IMG/VR virus record: IMGVR_UViG_3300027917_000148
Location: 1-28,398 of that record
DNA: 28,398 nt
DNA from: a virus
Lineage: Duplodnaviria; Caudoviricetes
Reading direction: 5' to 3' (one strand)
Part shown: positions 17,182-26,369 of the stretch, piece after piece
Layout: the number at the start of each line of letters is the position of its first letter
Numbering within the stretch: position 1 is the first letter of the stretch
Translations under genes and position numbers: made by a program
Notes under the pieces: model-generated
Told to the model about the DNA's origin: nothing
What the model saw: only the letters and a program-made list of their open reading frames with translations
Database searches by the model: none

Positions 17182-17654
17182 AGAAGAAGTTAAAAATAGA
17201 CGAAACAATTTGGTCTGCTTATAACTATCCAGATGACGGAAGAGGAATATCAACTGATGACGATAGACCACCAGGGAATATCCTCATAGGCACTAAGTTT
17301 AAGCCTACCGACTACTTCAACAAATTGACTACATTTGCTAGAAACTGGGATTACGATGATGGTGAATGGACATGGGATCATTTTGAAATGGCTGGAGGAA
17401 TGGAGGATTACGATAACTATTCTCAAACACTCCAAGCTATGAAATCATTGTTTCCAGAAGAAACATGGAAAAACATTTGGAAGCGAATGACTCAAGTAGG
17501 TGATAAAGAAACCACTAGAGATTTTGCGAAAGCTGGACAACCCCACAGAGATGCGAGTACTCAGTTAGGAAAAGACAAGGAGGATGTAGCTTTACCTCCA
17601 AAGGAGATTCAAGCAGAGGACTTGGTAAAGAGAATTGATAAACTCACCTTGTAA
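17178..17654 (+). CDS. Hypothetical acidic/aromatic protein ending in DLVKRIDKLTL
   Basis: 158 aa with ATGA overlap. Confidence 0.75.
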   Translation: MKKKLKIDETIWSAYNYPDDGRGISTDDDRPPGNILIGTKFKPTDYFNKLTTFARNWDYDDGEWTWDHFEMAGGMEDYDNYSQTLQAMKSLFPEETWKNIWKRMTQVGDKETTRDFAKAGQPHRDASTQLGKDKEDVALPPKEIQAEDLVKRIDKLTL

Positions 17655-17793
17655 TAGATGCAAGATGTATTGGGAAGATGTGAAATATTGCCCACATAAA
17701 AAAATATTTCTACCCAAAGAAAAATGTAAGGATTTTGAAGTGAAAGAAGAAGATCCAAATAAACATGTTATTAGGAGGTCACTATATGAATAA
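17635..17793 (+). CDS. Small four-Cys protein (MINSPCNRCKMYWEDVKYCPHKK...CKDFE..., 52 aa), possible Zn-binding
   Basis: Manual translation from TTG 17635. It fills the gap between its neighbours, has a CxxC...C...C pattern, and is not in the ORF track. Confidence 0.55.
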   Translation: MINSPCNRCKMYWEDVKYCPHKKIFLPKEKCKDFEVKEEDPNKHVIRRSLYE

Positions 17794-19117
17794 AAAACAA
17801 AGAATAGAAGAGGAATATTACAAAGATCCAGATTTTAATAGAAGAAATTTAGCCAAAGAACTAGATGTAGACGAAGCATATATAAGAAGCATAATTAGAC
17901 CATTAAAGAAAAACACAATTAGACAAGGACATAAACCTCCAGAGGAATTTAGGGAGTTCAATAGAACATCAGAAAACAGAGCAAAACTTGACCTTCAATC
18001 AATTACAATTACTACTTTAGAACAAGCCTTGGAAGTAGCAGAAGTAGATTTGACTCAATGGAAAGTAGACAGGTATCATATTGGTAGCTGGCAAGTAACT
18101 ATGAAACTCCGTAAAGAGACTGGGGAATATGATAAACAAGGAAGACCGATTTATGTAGATGAGCCTAAAACAGTAACCATGTATAAGATTCAAGTATGGC
18201 TAGTCAAACTCCATAACATGGAATGGGTAGAAGCCATTAGAAATCTTATTAAAGAAGTACCAAAGATGAGGACTCCGAAAGTAACACGTCCAGAAATTGA
18301 AGATCTTGGAAGATACCTTTTGGAAGTAGCTTTGATGGATGTTCATTTTGGTATGCTGGCATGGGGAAAAGAAACAATGCATGATTACGATATAGACATT
18401 GCTGAAAATCTTTTTCTATATGCAGTTGAGGACTTACTAAATAAATCGGCTGGATACAATCCGTCAAGAATTCTATTTCCATTTGGGAATGACTTCTTGC
18501 ATATTGATGATCCAACAAACTTAACTCCACAAAACCGCAATCCACTTGATACAGATTCACGTCTAATCAAAATCTACACCAGAGCCAAGAAAGCAGTAAT
18601 TAAAGCTATTGACTACTGTAGACAAGTAGCACCTGTAGATATTGTATGGATTCCAGGAAACCATGATCCGAATGTCTCATATTATCTATGTGACGTTATC
18701 TCTGAAATTTTTGCACATGATGAGTACGTAAACGTGGATGTCGGGCCTAAGTGGAGAAAGTTCTATCCTTGGGGAGAATCTTTAATTTGTTTTACTCATG
18801 GAGTAGAAGAACCTATCAGAGATCTTCCAAGTATTATAGCTACAGAGCAACCTAAACTTTGGGGAGATTCTAAATACAGAGAAATCCATATTGGACACAA
18901 GCATAAGAAACAAGAAATCAGATGGGTCAATGTGGACACTCATGCTGGAACAGTCGTTAGAATGATTCCCAGTATTGCTACAGAGGATTCATGGCACTAT
19001 AGAAAGGGATACATCAAAGGATATCATGCCGCTGAATCTTACATTTGGGATATGAGCTTTGGAATGATAGGTCAGTTCACTAGTTATATTGATTATGAGG
19101 AGATGGTGGATGATTAA
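17786..19117 (+). CDS. Calcineurin-like metallophosphoesterase with an N-terminal HTH-like segment
   Basis: Motifs MDVHFG, GNDFLH, PGNHD, FTHG and IGHKH. N-terminal RRNLAKELDVDEAYIRSI. AGGAGG SD before ATG 17786. Confidence 0.85.
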   Translation: MNKKQRIEEEYYKDPDFNRRNLAKELDVDEAYIRSIIRPLKKNTIRQGHKPPEEFREFNRTSENRAKLDLQSITITTLEQALEVAEVDLTQWKVDRYHIGSWQVTMKLRKETGEYDKQGRPIYVDEPKTVTMYKIQVWLVKLHNMEWVEAIRNLIKEVPKMRTPKVTRPEIEDLGRYLLEVALMDVHFGMLAWGKETMHDYDIDIAENLFLYAVEDLLNKSAGYNPSRILFPFGNDFLHIDDPTNLTPQNRNPLDTDSRLIKIYTRAKKAVIKAIDYCRQVAPVDIVWIPGNHDPNVSYYLCDVISEIFAHDEYVNVDVGPKWRKFYPWGESLICFTHGVEEPIRDLPSIIATEQPKLWGDSKYREIHIGHKHKKQEIRWVNVDTHAGTVVRMIPSIATEDSWHYRKGYIKGYHAAESYIWDMSFGMIGQFTSYIDYEEMVDD

Positions 19118-20580
19118 AGAGGTAACATTTTTTCTAAATCATAATTTTGCTCCATAGTGTTAAACGTAATTTGCTCAACATCGAAGCCTTCGTTTTCATA
19201 GAAGTACTCACGTTCTCTGGCATGTTTTGCTAGATATTTAACGTCATCTACTATATCGAAAACGAAGGCTCCTTTTTCTTTACTCTCATGTTGTCTCAAA
19301 GCACGTCCTATGCTCTGGATAACTCTTATCTTTGATTTAAACGGAGCAGTTAATACCAAGTATTTAAGATTGGGTATATTAATTCCTTGCTGGAAAATTC
19401 CATATGTAGCAATTAGAGCAATGTTCTTTTCGTGGATCATCTTCTGTCTCCAATCCTCTCTTAGATCAACGTCATCTTTACCAGATAAAAACACAACACT
19501 TCTTTTTGTGTAGTTCTCAAGATGGTATCTTAATAAATTTCCTTCCCTATGAAATCCAACTAGAAGTAAAACATTATCGTCTAAGTAATTCACAAGATCC
19601 TTTATTAATCCCAGTCTGAATCTATGCTCAAATGTTTCTCTTTTAACGTCATCGTAATACTCTGCTTCCAGTCCTAAGTGATATTCAACATTTAACATTT
19701 TCACATTACACTTTGCTATATATCCTTGTTCTCCTAAGAGTCCAGATGGATATTCTCTTAAAACTGGGCCAAGGAAAGCCTTTGTATTAAGCGTTTCCAG
19801 TTCATCGAAAGGCATTGTACCAGTAAATCCAAGTCTGTACCTTGCTTTGGATTTTGAGAATATCTTCTTTAGTTCATGGGCTTTTACTTGGTGACACTCA
19901 TCTCCAATTATAGCGTCATAGTCATCCAGTTTTTTCATATTGTTTTTCAAGGATTGCCATGTAGTAATTACAATTGTTTTAGCCCATTGAACAGGTTTGT
20001 TTTTTATCTTGTCATATATCCTGCCGATATACTTCTCCTTGATTCCATATTCCTGCATGTCTGTATAGAACTGCTCAACTAACTGCTTTGAGGGAACTAT
20101 AATCAAGGCTCTTCTAACTCTTGTGATTGGTCTATTATCAAGTAGTGTCTTTATTATATAGGAGATGACAAGTGATTTTCCAGAAGCGGTAGCACTCCTG
20201 ATAATTCCTTTGGTGTATCTTAAACAATATTCAATTGCTTCCTTCTGGTAGGGATGTGGGAATAGAGACAGATCATAGTTAATCTCTAACTCTTCTCCCT
20301 TGAATAAATTTTTTACTTCGTCATCTACTTCTAGCTGTACGTCTTTGTGTTTCTTGTGCTCTCTCAAATAGTCCAATAGCAGACCATATGGAAATGTACC
20401 AGCTTTAGTGATCAGGGATGTTTCACCATTCCAAACTCCAGCTTGATATGTCGGCATCCAATAGTAATCCTTTACCTTATGAGTAAAGGCTTTCTTCATT
20501 GCTTTCATATACTCTGGTGAATTGGTATGAATTTTTATTCGTATGTCTTTATATAATTCCAGTCTCGCTTTAGATGCCAT
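19114..20580 (-). CDS. uvsW: UvsW-like SF2 DNA helicase
   Basis: SATASGKS (Walker A), DECH, GFTGT and QSIGRALR. T4-like N-terminus, adjacent to uvsY. Confidence 0.9.
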   Translation of the reverse strand: MASKARLELYKDIRIKIHTNSPEYMKAMKKAFTHKVKDYYWMPTYQAGVWNGETSLITKAGTFPYGLLLDYLREHKKHKDVQLEVDDEVKNLFKGEELEINYDLSLFPHPYQKEAIEYCLRYTKGIIRSATASGKSLVISYIIKTLLDNRPITRVRRALIIVPSKQLVEQFYTDMQEYGIKEKYIGRIYDKIKNKPVQWAKTIVITTWQSLKNNMKKLDDYDAIIGDECHQVKAHELKKIFSKSKARYRLGFTGTMPFDELETLNTKAFLGPVLREYPSGLLGEQGYIAKCNVKMLNVEYHLGLEAEYYDDVKRETFEHRFRLGLIKDLVNYLDDNVLLLVGFHREGNLLRYHLENYTKRSVVFLSGKDDVDLREDWRQKMIHEKNIALIATYGIFQQGINIPNLKYLVLTAPFKSKIRVIQSIGRALRQHESKEKGAFVFDIVDDVKYLAKHAREREYFYENEGFDVEQITFNTMEQNYDLEKMLPL

Positions 20581-20983
20581 GTCTTTCTCTATCCGTATAT
20601 GTCTTCATTCTCCAGCCTTGCTGTTCAAAGGCTTTGTAGCACATTTCAAAAAATCTAACTCTTATTTTTTGTTTCTTCAATATCTTCTTCATTTGGATTA
20701 TTTTCTTATCGGCTGGTAGACAGTATTTCTCAATTTCTGGTTTGCTCCATTCTTCATCTTGGTTGAACCTGTAATGTTTATACTGATTCCCTGTTAAAGC
20801 TTCCATTTTTCTTTCAAGCTCCTCATATATGTCAAGCTCTTTGTAGTAAAGCTCTTTATATTTTATGACTTGAAAAGTATTATCCTGTAGCTTCTCTTGG
20901 ATATTAGTCTCATCGAACTTTACCATTTCTTCAATGGGATGTTCTTCTATCAGTCTTTCAAATATTTCTTTTTCACTAGGCAT
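20570..20983 (-). CDS. uvsY: UvsY-like recombination mediator
   Basis: ~137 aa helical protein with YKHYRF...EIEKY...D and GWRMK patterns. T4-like synteny with uvsW. An AGGAG SD favours ATG 20983. Confidence 0.7.
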   Translation of the reverse strand: MPSEKEIFERLIEEHPIEEMVKFDETNIQEKLQDNTFQVIKYKELYYKELDIYEELERKMEALTGNQYKHYRFNQDEEWSKPEIEKYCLPADKKIIQMKKILKKQKIRVRFFEMCYKAFEQQGWRMKTYTDRERHGI

Positions 20984-21020
20984 AGACACCACTCCTATTA
21001 TAAATATTTACATTATCAAC

Positions 21021-21049
21021 ATACTAACATAAGTAAAATAAAAAGTAAA
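21021..21049 (-). promoter_or_regulatory. Sigma70/T4-early-like promoter for uvsY-uvsW: (G)TTTACT-N17-TAGTAT with extended TG
   Basis: Read from the reverse complement; 17 bp spacer. Confidence 0.55.
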
Positions 21050-21067
21050 CTCACAAAATTTAATATG

Positions 21068-21095
21068 TTTACAATTGAGCCAATTCTGGTATAAT
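21068..21095 (+). promoter_or_regulatory. Sigma70/T4-early-like promoter (G)TTTACA-N16-TATAAT with extended -10 (TGG)
   Basis: The -10 ends 6 nt before ATG 21102. Confidence 0.65.
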
Positions 21096-21101
21096 ACCCA
21101 C

Positions 21102-22469
21102 ATGGAACGTGTAAATTCTGATTATCTAGAAAAAATTATTGTCAAAGGTATGACAAGTAATAAGGACTTCTTAGTTCTTGTGTCTTCTGTATTTGAAGCC
21201 AAGTATTTTGATGATCCTCACATTAGACATACCTTTGATTTCTGTAAGAACTATTTTGGTGAATACAATGAACTTCCCTCTAGAGACTCTATAATAAACT
21301 CTTCTGAGGAGGAAGTAGAAGGACTCAGAAACTTAATAGAAGAAGTAGAAACTTTGGAGTTTGATGTAGCGGAGGGATATCAGTTCTTATTGGAACAATC
21401 GAATGACTATTTAAAAGAGAAAGCCCTTAAAAGTGCAATCCTTGAATCTGTAGATGAAGTAGAAGATCCAGAAAGACGTAATAGAATACGTGACAGGATA
21501 GAAGATGCACTAGTCAAAGATCTAAAAATAAATTTGGGATTACATTATTTTAGACATCTACAAGACAGATTAAGAAGGATCTTTACTGCAAGCGAAAACA
21601 GAGTTCCCACCTTTTTCCCAATATTTGATGAGTTCATTAATAACGGCTTTCCTCCTTTTACTCTAAGTATTTTAACTGCAAAAATTCATGGTGGTAAGAG
21701 TAACACAATGGCTAATTTTGCCGCAAGACAAGCCATTAACGGCTTAAATCCAGTAGTAATTTCTCTGGAAATGGGTGAGGATGCTTTTGCTCAAAGGTTC
21801 GATGGTATCTATTCTTTGATGGATATAAACAGGATGTACCTTTCACGTCCTAACAAACAAAGATTGATAAGCAGACTAAATGAAATTGGAAGAAGAGAAG
21901 GAAGAGGAGAAGTATTCATCAAACAGTTTCCTACTGGAGAAGCTTCTGTAATAGATTTCAAGGTATTTTTGCGTGAATTGATAATGAGAGATATTACTCC
22001 GCATATACTTTATGTTGACTACATTAACTTAATGAAAACAGCTTACAAGGTTGAGAATAACATGTATTCAGTAGTCAAGAGAATAGCGGAAGAGCTTAGA
22101 GCATTGTCATTTGAATTTGAGATCCCTGTAGTATCTGTATCACAGCTAAATAGACAAGGAACATTTGTTAATTTTGAAGCCCTTGACTTTAACTACGTAG
22201 CAGAATCTCTAGGTGTTCCTGCTACCGCTGATTTCATGGCTATACTGGGAACAGACGAAGACCAGATGATTTATGAAAATGAAATTCTTTACAAGATAAC
22301 TAAAAATAGACTTGGAGGAAGAGTGGGGCAATTCGATAAATTTTATCTGGATGCTAAGAGTTTAAAAATGTATGATCGTAGTGAAATGGATGAATGGATT
22401 CAGGATGCTGAAATTTCAGGAGATGAAAGAAGATCAGTAGACCACGATAGTAGAGAAGGAAATGATTAA
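21102..22469 (+). CDS. Replicative DnaB-family helicase (T4 gp41-like)
   Basis: AKIHGGKS Walker A, ISLEM, YVDYINLM, SVSQLNR, AESLG and KNRLGG. The TTG start at 21075 overlaps the promoter, so ATG 21102 is preferred. Confidence 0.92.
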   Translation: MERVNSDYLEKIIVKGMTSNKDFLVLVSSVFEAKYFDDPHIRHTFDFCKNYFGEYNELPSRDSIINSSEEEVEGLRNLIEEVETLEFDVAEGYQFLLEQSNDYLKEKALKSAILESVDEVEDPERRNRIRDRIEDALVKDLKINLGLHYFRHLQDRLRRIFTASENRVPTFFPIFDEFINNGFPPFTLSILTAKIHGGKSNTMANFAARQAINGLNPVVISLEMGEDAFAQRFDGIYSLMDINRMYLSRPNKQRLISRLNEIGRREGRGEVFIKQFPTGEASVIDFKVFLRELIMRDITPHILYVDYINLMKTAYKVENNMYSVVKRIAEELRALSFEFEIPVVSVSQLNRQGTFVNFEALDFNYVAESLGVPATADFMAILGTDEDQMIYENEILYKITKNRLGGRVGQFDKFYLDAKSLKMYDRSEMDEWIQDAEISGDERRSVDHDSREGND

Positions 22470-22755
22470 TCAATTATTAGGGCTTTCTTTAGGAGCAATA
22501 ACTGGAGTTATTGGTAAATTTGTGGGAAATTTATCTGGAGAACATCAATTATATTCAGACTACCAAAGAAGAATATTGGATGAAATGGAGGACTATGAAC
22601 ATTCTTCTTCTATGTCTTGGTTTTCGTCTTCTGCTTCTTCAACTACTGATGACATGGAAAGTGAAGCTTTAGGAACTCCTTATTTTGCAAGTATTAAAAA
22701 GAGACTTGGGGAAGAAGAAGAGTTTTTCAAAAAGGAAGAATTCGATGTTGAGTAA
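22462..22755 (+). CDS. Hypothetical protein with C-terminal EEFFKKEEFDVE motif
   Basis: 97 aa, overlapping both neighbours. Confidence 0.65.
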   Translation: MINQLLGLSLGAITGVIGKFVGNLSGEHQLYSDYQRRILDEMEDYEHSSSMSWFSSSASSTTDDMESEALGTPYFASIKKRLGEEEEFFKKEEFDVE

Positions 22756-23380
22756 AAAGCAAATAAGACTTTTGCAATTACTAGATACTCAATTTGTCAA
22801 TTGCAAAAAATGTACGCTGTATCCTAACGGAATGGCAAAACCTCTATGGAATCCGTTCAATAGATTTGCGATTATAGGAGAAGCCCCTGGTTTCAATGAG
22901 GTAAGAGGAGGAGAACCATTTGTAGGAGAAGCAGGAAAGATATTAACTGATAATATACTAAAACTTGGATTTAAAAGGAGTGATTTTTTAATTATCAATT
23001 CTGTTAATTGCAGATGTGTTAAAGCTGGAACTAACGCTAATGGAAAACCTACCAGATCTCAGCTACATGCTTGCCAAGACTGGCTCAGAAAATATTTGAA
23101 AGTAGTGAATCCAGAGAAGATACTTTGTCTAGGAAACTTTGCTAAGTACTACTTTACAGAAAGTTGGGATGGAATAATGTCTCAAAGAGGAACATTCAGG
23201 CAGTATAAGCTTGACGAAACAAGTAGAGACTTTCCTGTTTTATTTACTATTCATCCTGCTTTCCTGATATACCAAGAAGAGAGGATTAAAGAGTTACAAG
23301 CAGATCTGGCACTATTCAAGGAGTTCAAAAATACAGTAGAAGAAAATTGGACTTTCAAAGAAGAGGAATTCGCTATATGA
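22745..23380 (+). CDS. Family-4 uracil-DNA glycosylase (Fe-S cluster type)
   Basis: CKKCTL, IIGEAPG..E...GEPFVGEAGK, NSVNCR, C and HPA motifs. AAGGA SD before ATG 22745. Confidence 0.9.
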   Translation: MLSKKQIRLLQLLDTQFVNCKKCTLYPNGMAKPLWNPFNRFAIIGEAPGFNEVRGGEPFVGEAGKILTDNILKLGFKRSDFLIINSVNCRCVKAGTNANGKPTRSQLHACQDWLRKYLKVVNPEKILCLGNFAKYYFTESWDGIMSQRGTFRQYKLDETSRDFPVLFTIHPAFLIYQEERIKELQADLALFKEFKNTVEENWTFKEEEFAI

Positions 23381-23625
23381 GCATAATAGATGATTATAGC
23401 AAGTTTGTATTTGCCAAGGGAAGACAGATGGGTAAAACTGAAATGACTAGAATGACTATTCCTCTTATACGAAAAGTGTTCCCTAAACTAATGGCAGAAG
23501 AACTGGTTGGTGTACAGCCAATGGAGGGGGTGAATTATGGAAAGATAATAGAAGCATTAAAAATAATAGACCAGACAAATAAATTTATAGAATTTTTTAA
23601 AGAAGAAGAATTTACCATAGAATAA
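23377..23625 (+). CDS. 82 aa protein with RQMGKT and a gp23-like IPLIRKVFPKLMAEELVGVQPM segment, ending in FFKEEEFTIE
   Basis: ATGA overlap with the UDG gene; motifs recognised by eye. Confidence 0.7.
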   Translation: MSIIDDYSKFVFAKGRQMGKTEMTRMTIPLIRKVFPKLMAEELVGVQPMEGVNYGKIIEALKIIDQTNKFIEFFKEEEFTIE

Positions 23626-23655
23626 GCCGATGGGATGAAGAAATCCATAACGCTT
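23624..23655 (+). promoter_or_regulatory. Hairpin immediately 5' of the DNA polymerase SD; possible translational operator
   Basis: AAGC..ATGG-GATGAAGAAAT-CCAT...GCTT, followed by GAGGAGG (23656-62) and ATG 23667. Confidence 0.45.
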
Positions 23656-23666
23656 GAGGAGGTATC

Positions 23667-26369
23667 ATGTTTAAAAATTGTTATTATGACACACAAACTT
23701 CAACTATCCATCTTTGGGAGCAATTAGAAGGAGAAGATCTAAAAACCGAAATTCCTTGGACACCTTATCTTTTCTTACCTTCCAGAAAATCAGACATCAA
23801 AACAATCTACGGAAAACCAGTACACAAGAAAGAATTTGAGAATTACTTTGACTACCATAAATTTCATAAAGCTAACAATGCCAGTCATCTTTATGAAAAC
23901 AATGTGAAGTTTGAGACTCAGTTTCTTGCAGAAAGATATCATGGGATACCAGACGAAGATATCTATGTTCCAATTTTGAGAACCTACTACATAGATATTG
24001 AAGTCTACTCTAAAGACGGAGGATTTCCAGATCATAGAAATCCAAAAGATCCCATAACCGCTATCTCCATAAGAGATAGTAGATCTTCAAAAGTGATGAC
24101 GTTTGGATTTAACTACGTCAATAATAGAGTCAAATATACTGGTAACAGAATAGAAGGATTAACGTATGTTCATTGTGAATCGGAAGAAGAACTTTTGAGA
24201 AGGTTTCTGAAATTTTTACATTACGAAGATGGTAAAAATGCACCAGACGTTTATAGCGGCTGGAATATTTGGGCTTTCGATTTACCTTACATAATCAATA
24301 GAACAAAGAATATTTGGGGAGATCAAGAAGGAGCGGAGATGTACAGTCTCATGTCTCCTATAAAGAAGGTCAGTATTTGGAAGCAAAAACTTTCCAATGA
24401 TATTAACATTGACATGGGAGGAGTTACTATTCTGGATTACTACAATGTGTATCGCTGGTATGGAAAGAAGCTTGAGAGATACACACTTGAGTATGTCTGC
24501 CAAAAAGAACTAGGCAAGGGAAAACTTGACTGGTCAGAATATAAGAACCTAAATGAGTTAATGGAGAATGACTGGAATACCTACATTGAATACAATGCCA
24601 TTGATACCATACGTGTGCATGACTTGGAAAACAAGCTAGGGTATATCCGAATGATCCAAGCTTTAAGTCTTCTTTGCAAAGCTCCTATGAAATTCTACAA
24701 CGCTCAAACCCAGTTGATTGACGGTTTGATGTTAACTCACTACAGGAGAAATAATCTTTGTGCTCCTCATTTCTATGGAGGAAATCAGGAACCATTTCAA
24801 GCGGCACATGTTAAAGATCCACACGTAGGATTGCACCAATGGGTAGTGGATGTTGATATCACAAGTAGCTATCCATCCCATATTATCACATTGAACATGT
24901 CTCTTGAAACCTTTGTTGGTAAAGTCTCTGGTATGCCTGAATATCAGGTAGTCAAAAATGTTGCCAGAAGAGAATTCGGTGAATTTAAAATGTTGAAAGA
25001 AGAAAAAGGAGAATGGAAAGTTGTAAAAGTTGACAAATTTAAATTGGAAAAATTTAACACCGCTCTGAAAAGAGGACTATTGGCTATTGCACCTAACGGA
25101 GCTATATTCTCCACTACTAAAGAAGGAGTTGTGGCACAAGTCGAGAAGAATGTGTTCTTTAAACGAAAAGAAGTAAAAGGCAAAAGAGATGAACATGGAC
25201 ACAAAGCAAATGAGACAGAAGGTAAAGAACAGCAAAGACACAAAGAGCGTGAAAGAGAACTTGACTCATTGCAAAGTGCTCTCAAAATTATGATGAACGC
25301 TTTCTTTGGTATTATGAGTGTTCCGTATTCCAGATACTTTAATGTTCATATTGCTTCTGCTATTACCGCTGGAGGAAGACACACCATCAAACAGGGAGAA
25401 GTATTTTGTAATGAGCTTCTAAATGATCCAAACGAAGATCTTATAGAGATCTTGAAGGACTTGGGATTTATTGGTGCTCCTCCAGTTCTAGATAAGGATT
25501 ACGTAAAGTACATTGATACTGATTCTCTATTTGTTGGATTGGGAGAATGGATTAAAGATTATGGACTAGGTGATGCATGGAGTAATTTTGATAGAGAAGA
25601 AAAAATAATGTGGATTAAGAAAATCTCTAGCATCATTGAAAAGTACATTGACGATAGGATCTTCAATGAAGTCCAGTTGAGAGATTACAATTCTCAAGTA
25701 CATGATTTTAAGATAGGATTCAAACAAGAGATTATCGCTCAATCCGCTCTATTCGTGAAGAAGAAGAAATACTCTTACTATCTTGTAGATAAAGAAGGAG
25801 TACCAAAGGATGAGCTAAAGACTACAGGATTAGAGATTGTTAGAAGCGATAGCTCAGAAGCCATTAGACCACGTTTGAAAAAAGTAATGGAGATGATTGT
25901 TAAACAGGAACCAGATAAAAACATAACCGCTACCATCCGTAAGTATCGCAAGGAACTAAGGGAGATGTCTCCAGAGGAGCTAGCCGCAAACGTAGGAATA
26001 AACAATATCCGCAAGTACATTAAACCAGCCGATGGACATCCTCATGGAAGACCAGTAAAGGGAACTCCTTGGCATGTCAAGGGAGTCTACAATTACAGGA
26101 CTCTTTTAGATCATTTGGATATCAAGGATAAGTATGAGGACATTCAAGAAGGTCTAAAAGCAAAGGTTATCTATGTCAAGAAGAATCCGTTTGAAGTTGA
26201 CACCATAACATTTCAAGAATGGCCCATTGAGTTTAATGACGTGCTCCAGTATGATCACGAAACCATGATTGAAAAATTTTTCGTCAACAAAATAAGGACG
26301 CTTCTTGAGCCGCTAGGCAAGGAGCATATCATTGACCATGACGAAGAAAAATTGAAGGTTTTTTTCTAA
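23667..26369 (+). CDS. Family B DNA polymerase (T4 gp43-like)
   Basis: Exonuclease motifs DIE, GWNIWAFDLPY and YNAID. Polymerase motifs DITSSYPS, KIMMNAFFG, YIDTDS and KKKY. C-terminal LKVFF resembles a clamp-binding peptide. Confidence 0.97.
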   Translation: MFKNCYYDTQTSTIHLWEQLEGEDLKTEIPWTPYLFLPSRKSDIKTIYGKPVHKKEFENYFDYHKFHKANNASHLYENNVKFETQFLAERYHGIPDEDIYVPILRTYYIDIEVYSKDGGFPDHRNPKDPITAISIRDSRSSKVMTFGFNYVNNRVKYTGNRIEGLTYVHCESEEELLRRFLKFLHYEDGKNAPDVYSGWNIWAFDLPYIINRTKNIWGDQEGAEMYSLMSPIKKVSIWKQKLSNDINIDMGGVTILDYYNVYRWYGKKLERYTLEYVCQKELGKGKLDWSEYKNLNELMENDWNTYIEYNAIDTIRVHDLENKLGYIRMIQALSLLCKAPMKFYNAQTQLIDGLMLTHYRRNNLCAPHFYGGNQEPFQAAHVKDPHVGLHQWVVDVDITSSYPSHIITLNMSLETFVGKVSGMPEYQVVKNVARREFGEFKMLKEEKGEWKVVKVDKFKLEKFNTALKRGLLAIAPNGAIFSTTKEGVVAQVEKNVFFKRKEVKGKRDEHGHKANETEGKEQQRHKERERELDSLQSALKIMMNAFFGIMSVPYSRYFNVHIASAITAGGRHTIKQGEVFCNELLNDPNEDLIEILKDLGFIGAPPVLDKDYVKYIDTDSLFVGLGEWIKDYGLGDAWSNFDREEKIMWIKKISSIIEKYIDDRIFNEVQLRDYNSQVHDFKIGFKQEIIAQSALFVKKKKYSYYLVDKEGVPKDELKTTGLEIVRSDSSEAIRPRLKKVMEMIVKQEPDKNITATIRKYRKELREMSPEELAANVGINNIRKYIKPADGHPHGRPVKGTPWHVKGVYNYRTLLDHLDIKDKYEDIQEGLKAKVIYVKKNPFEVDTITFQEWPIEFNDVLQYDHETMIEKFFVNKIRTLLEPLGKEHIIDHDEEKLKVFF

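Noticed and set aside
23667-26369. Intein or intron in the DNA polymerase or helicases
   Set aside because: Lengths are typical, catalytic motifs are contiguous, and no intein splice motifs or homing endonuclease signatures were seen.
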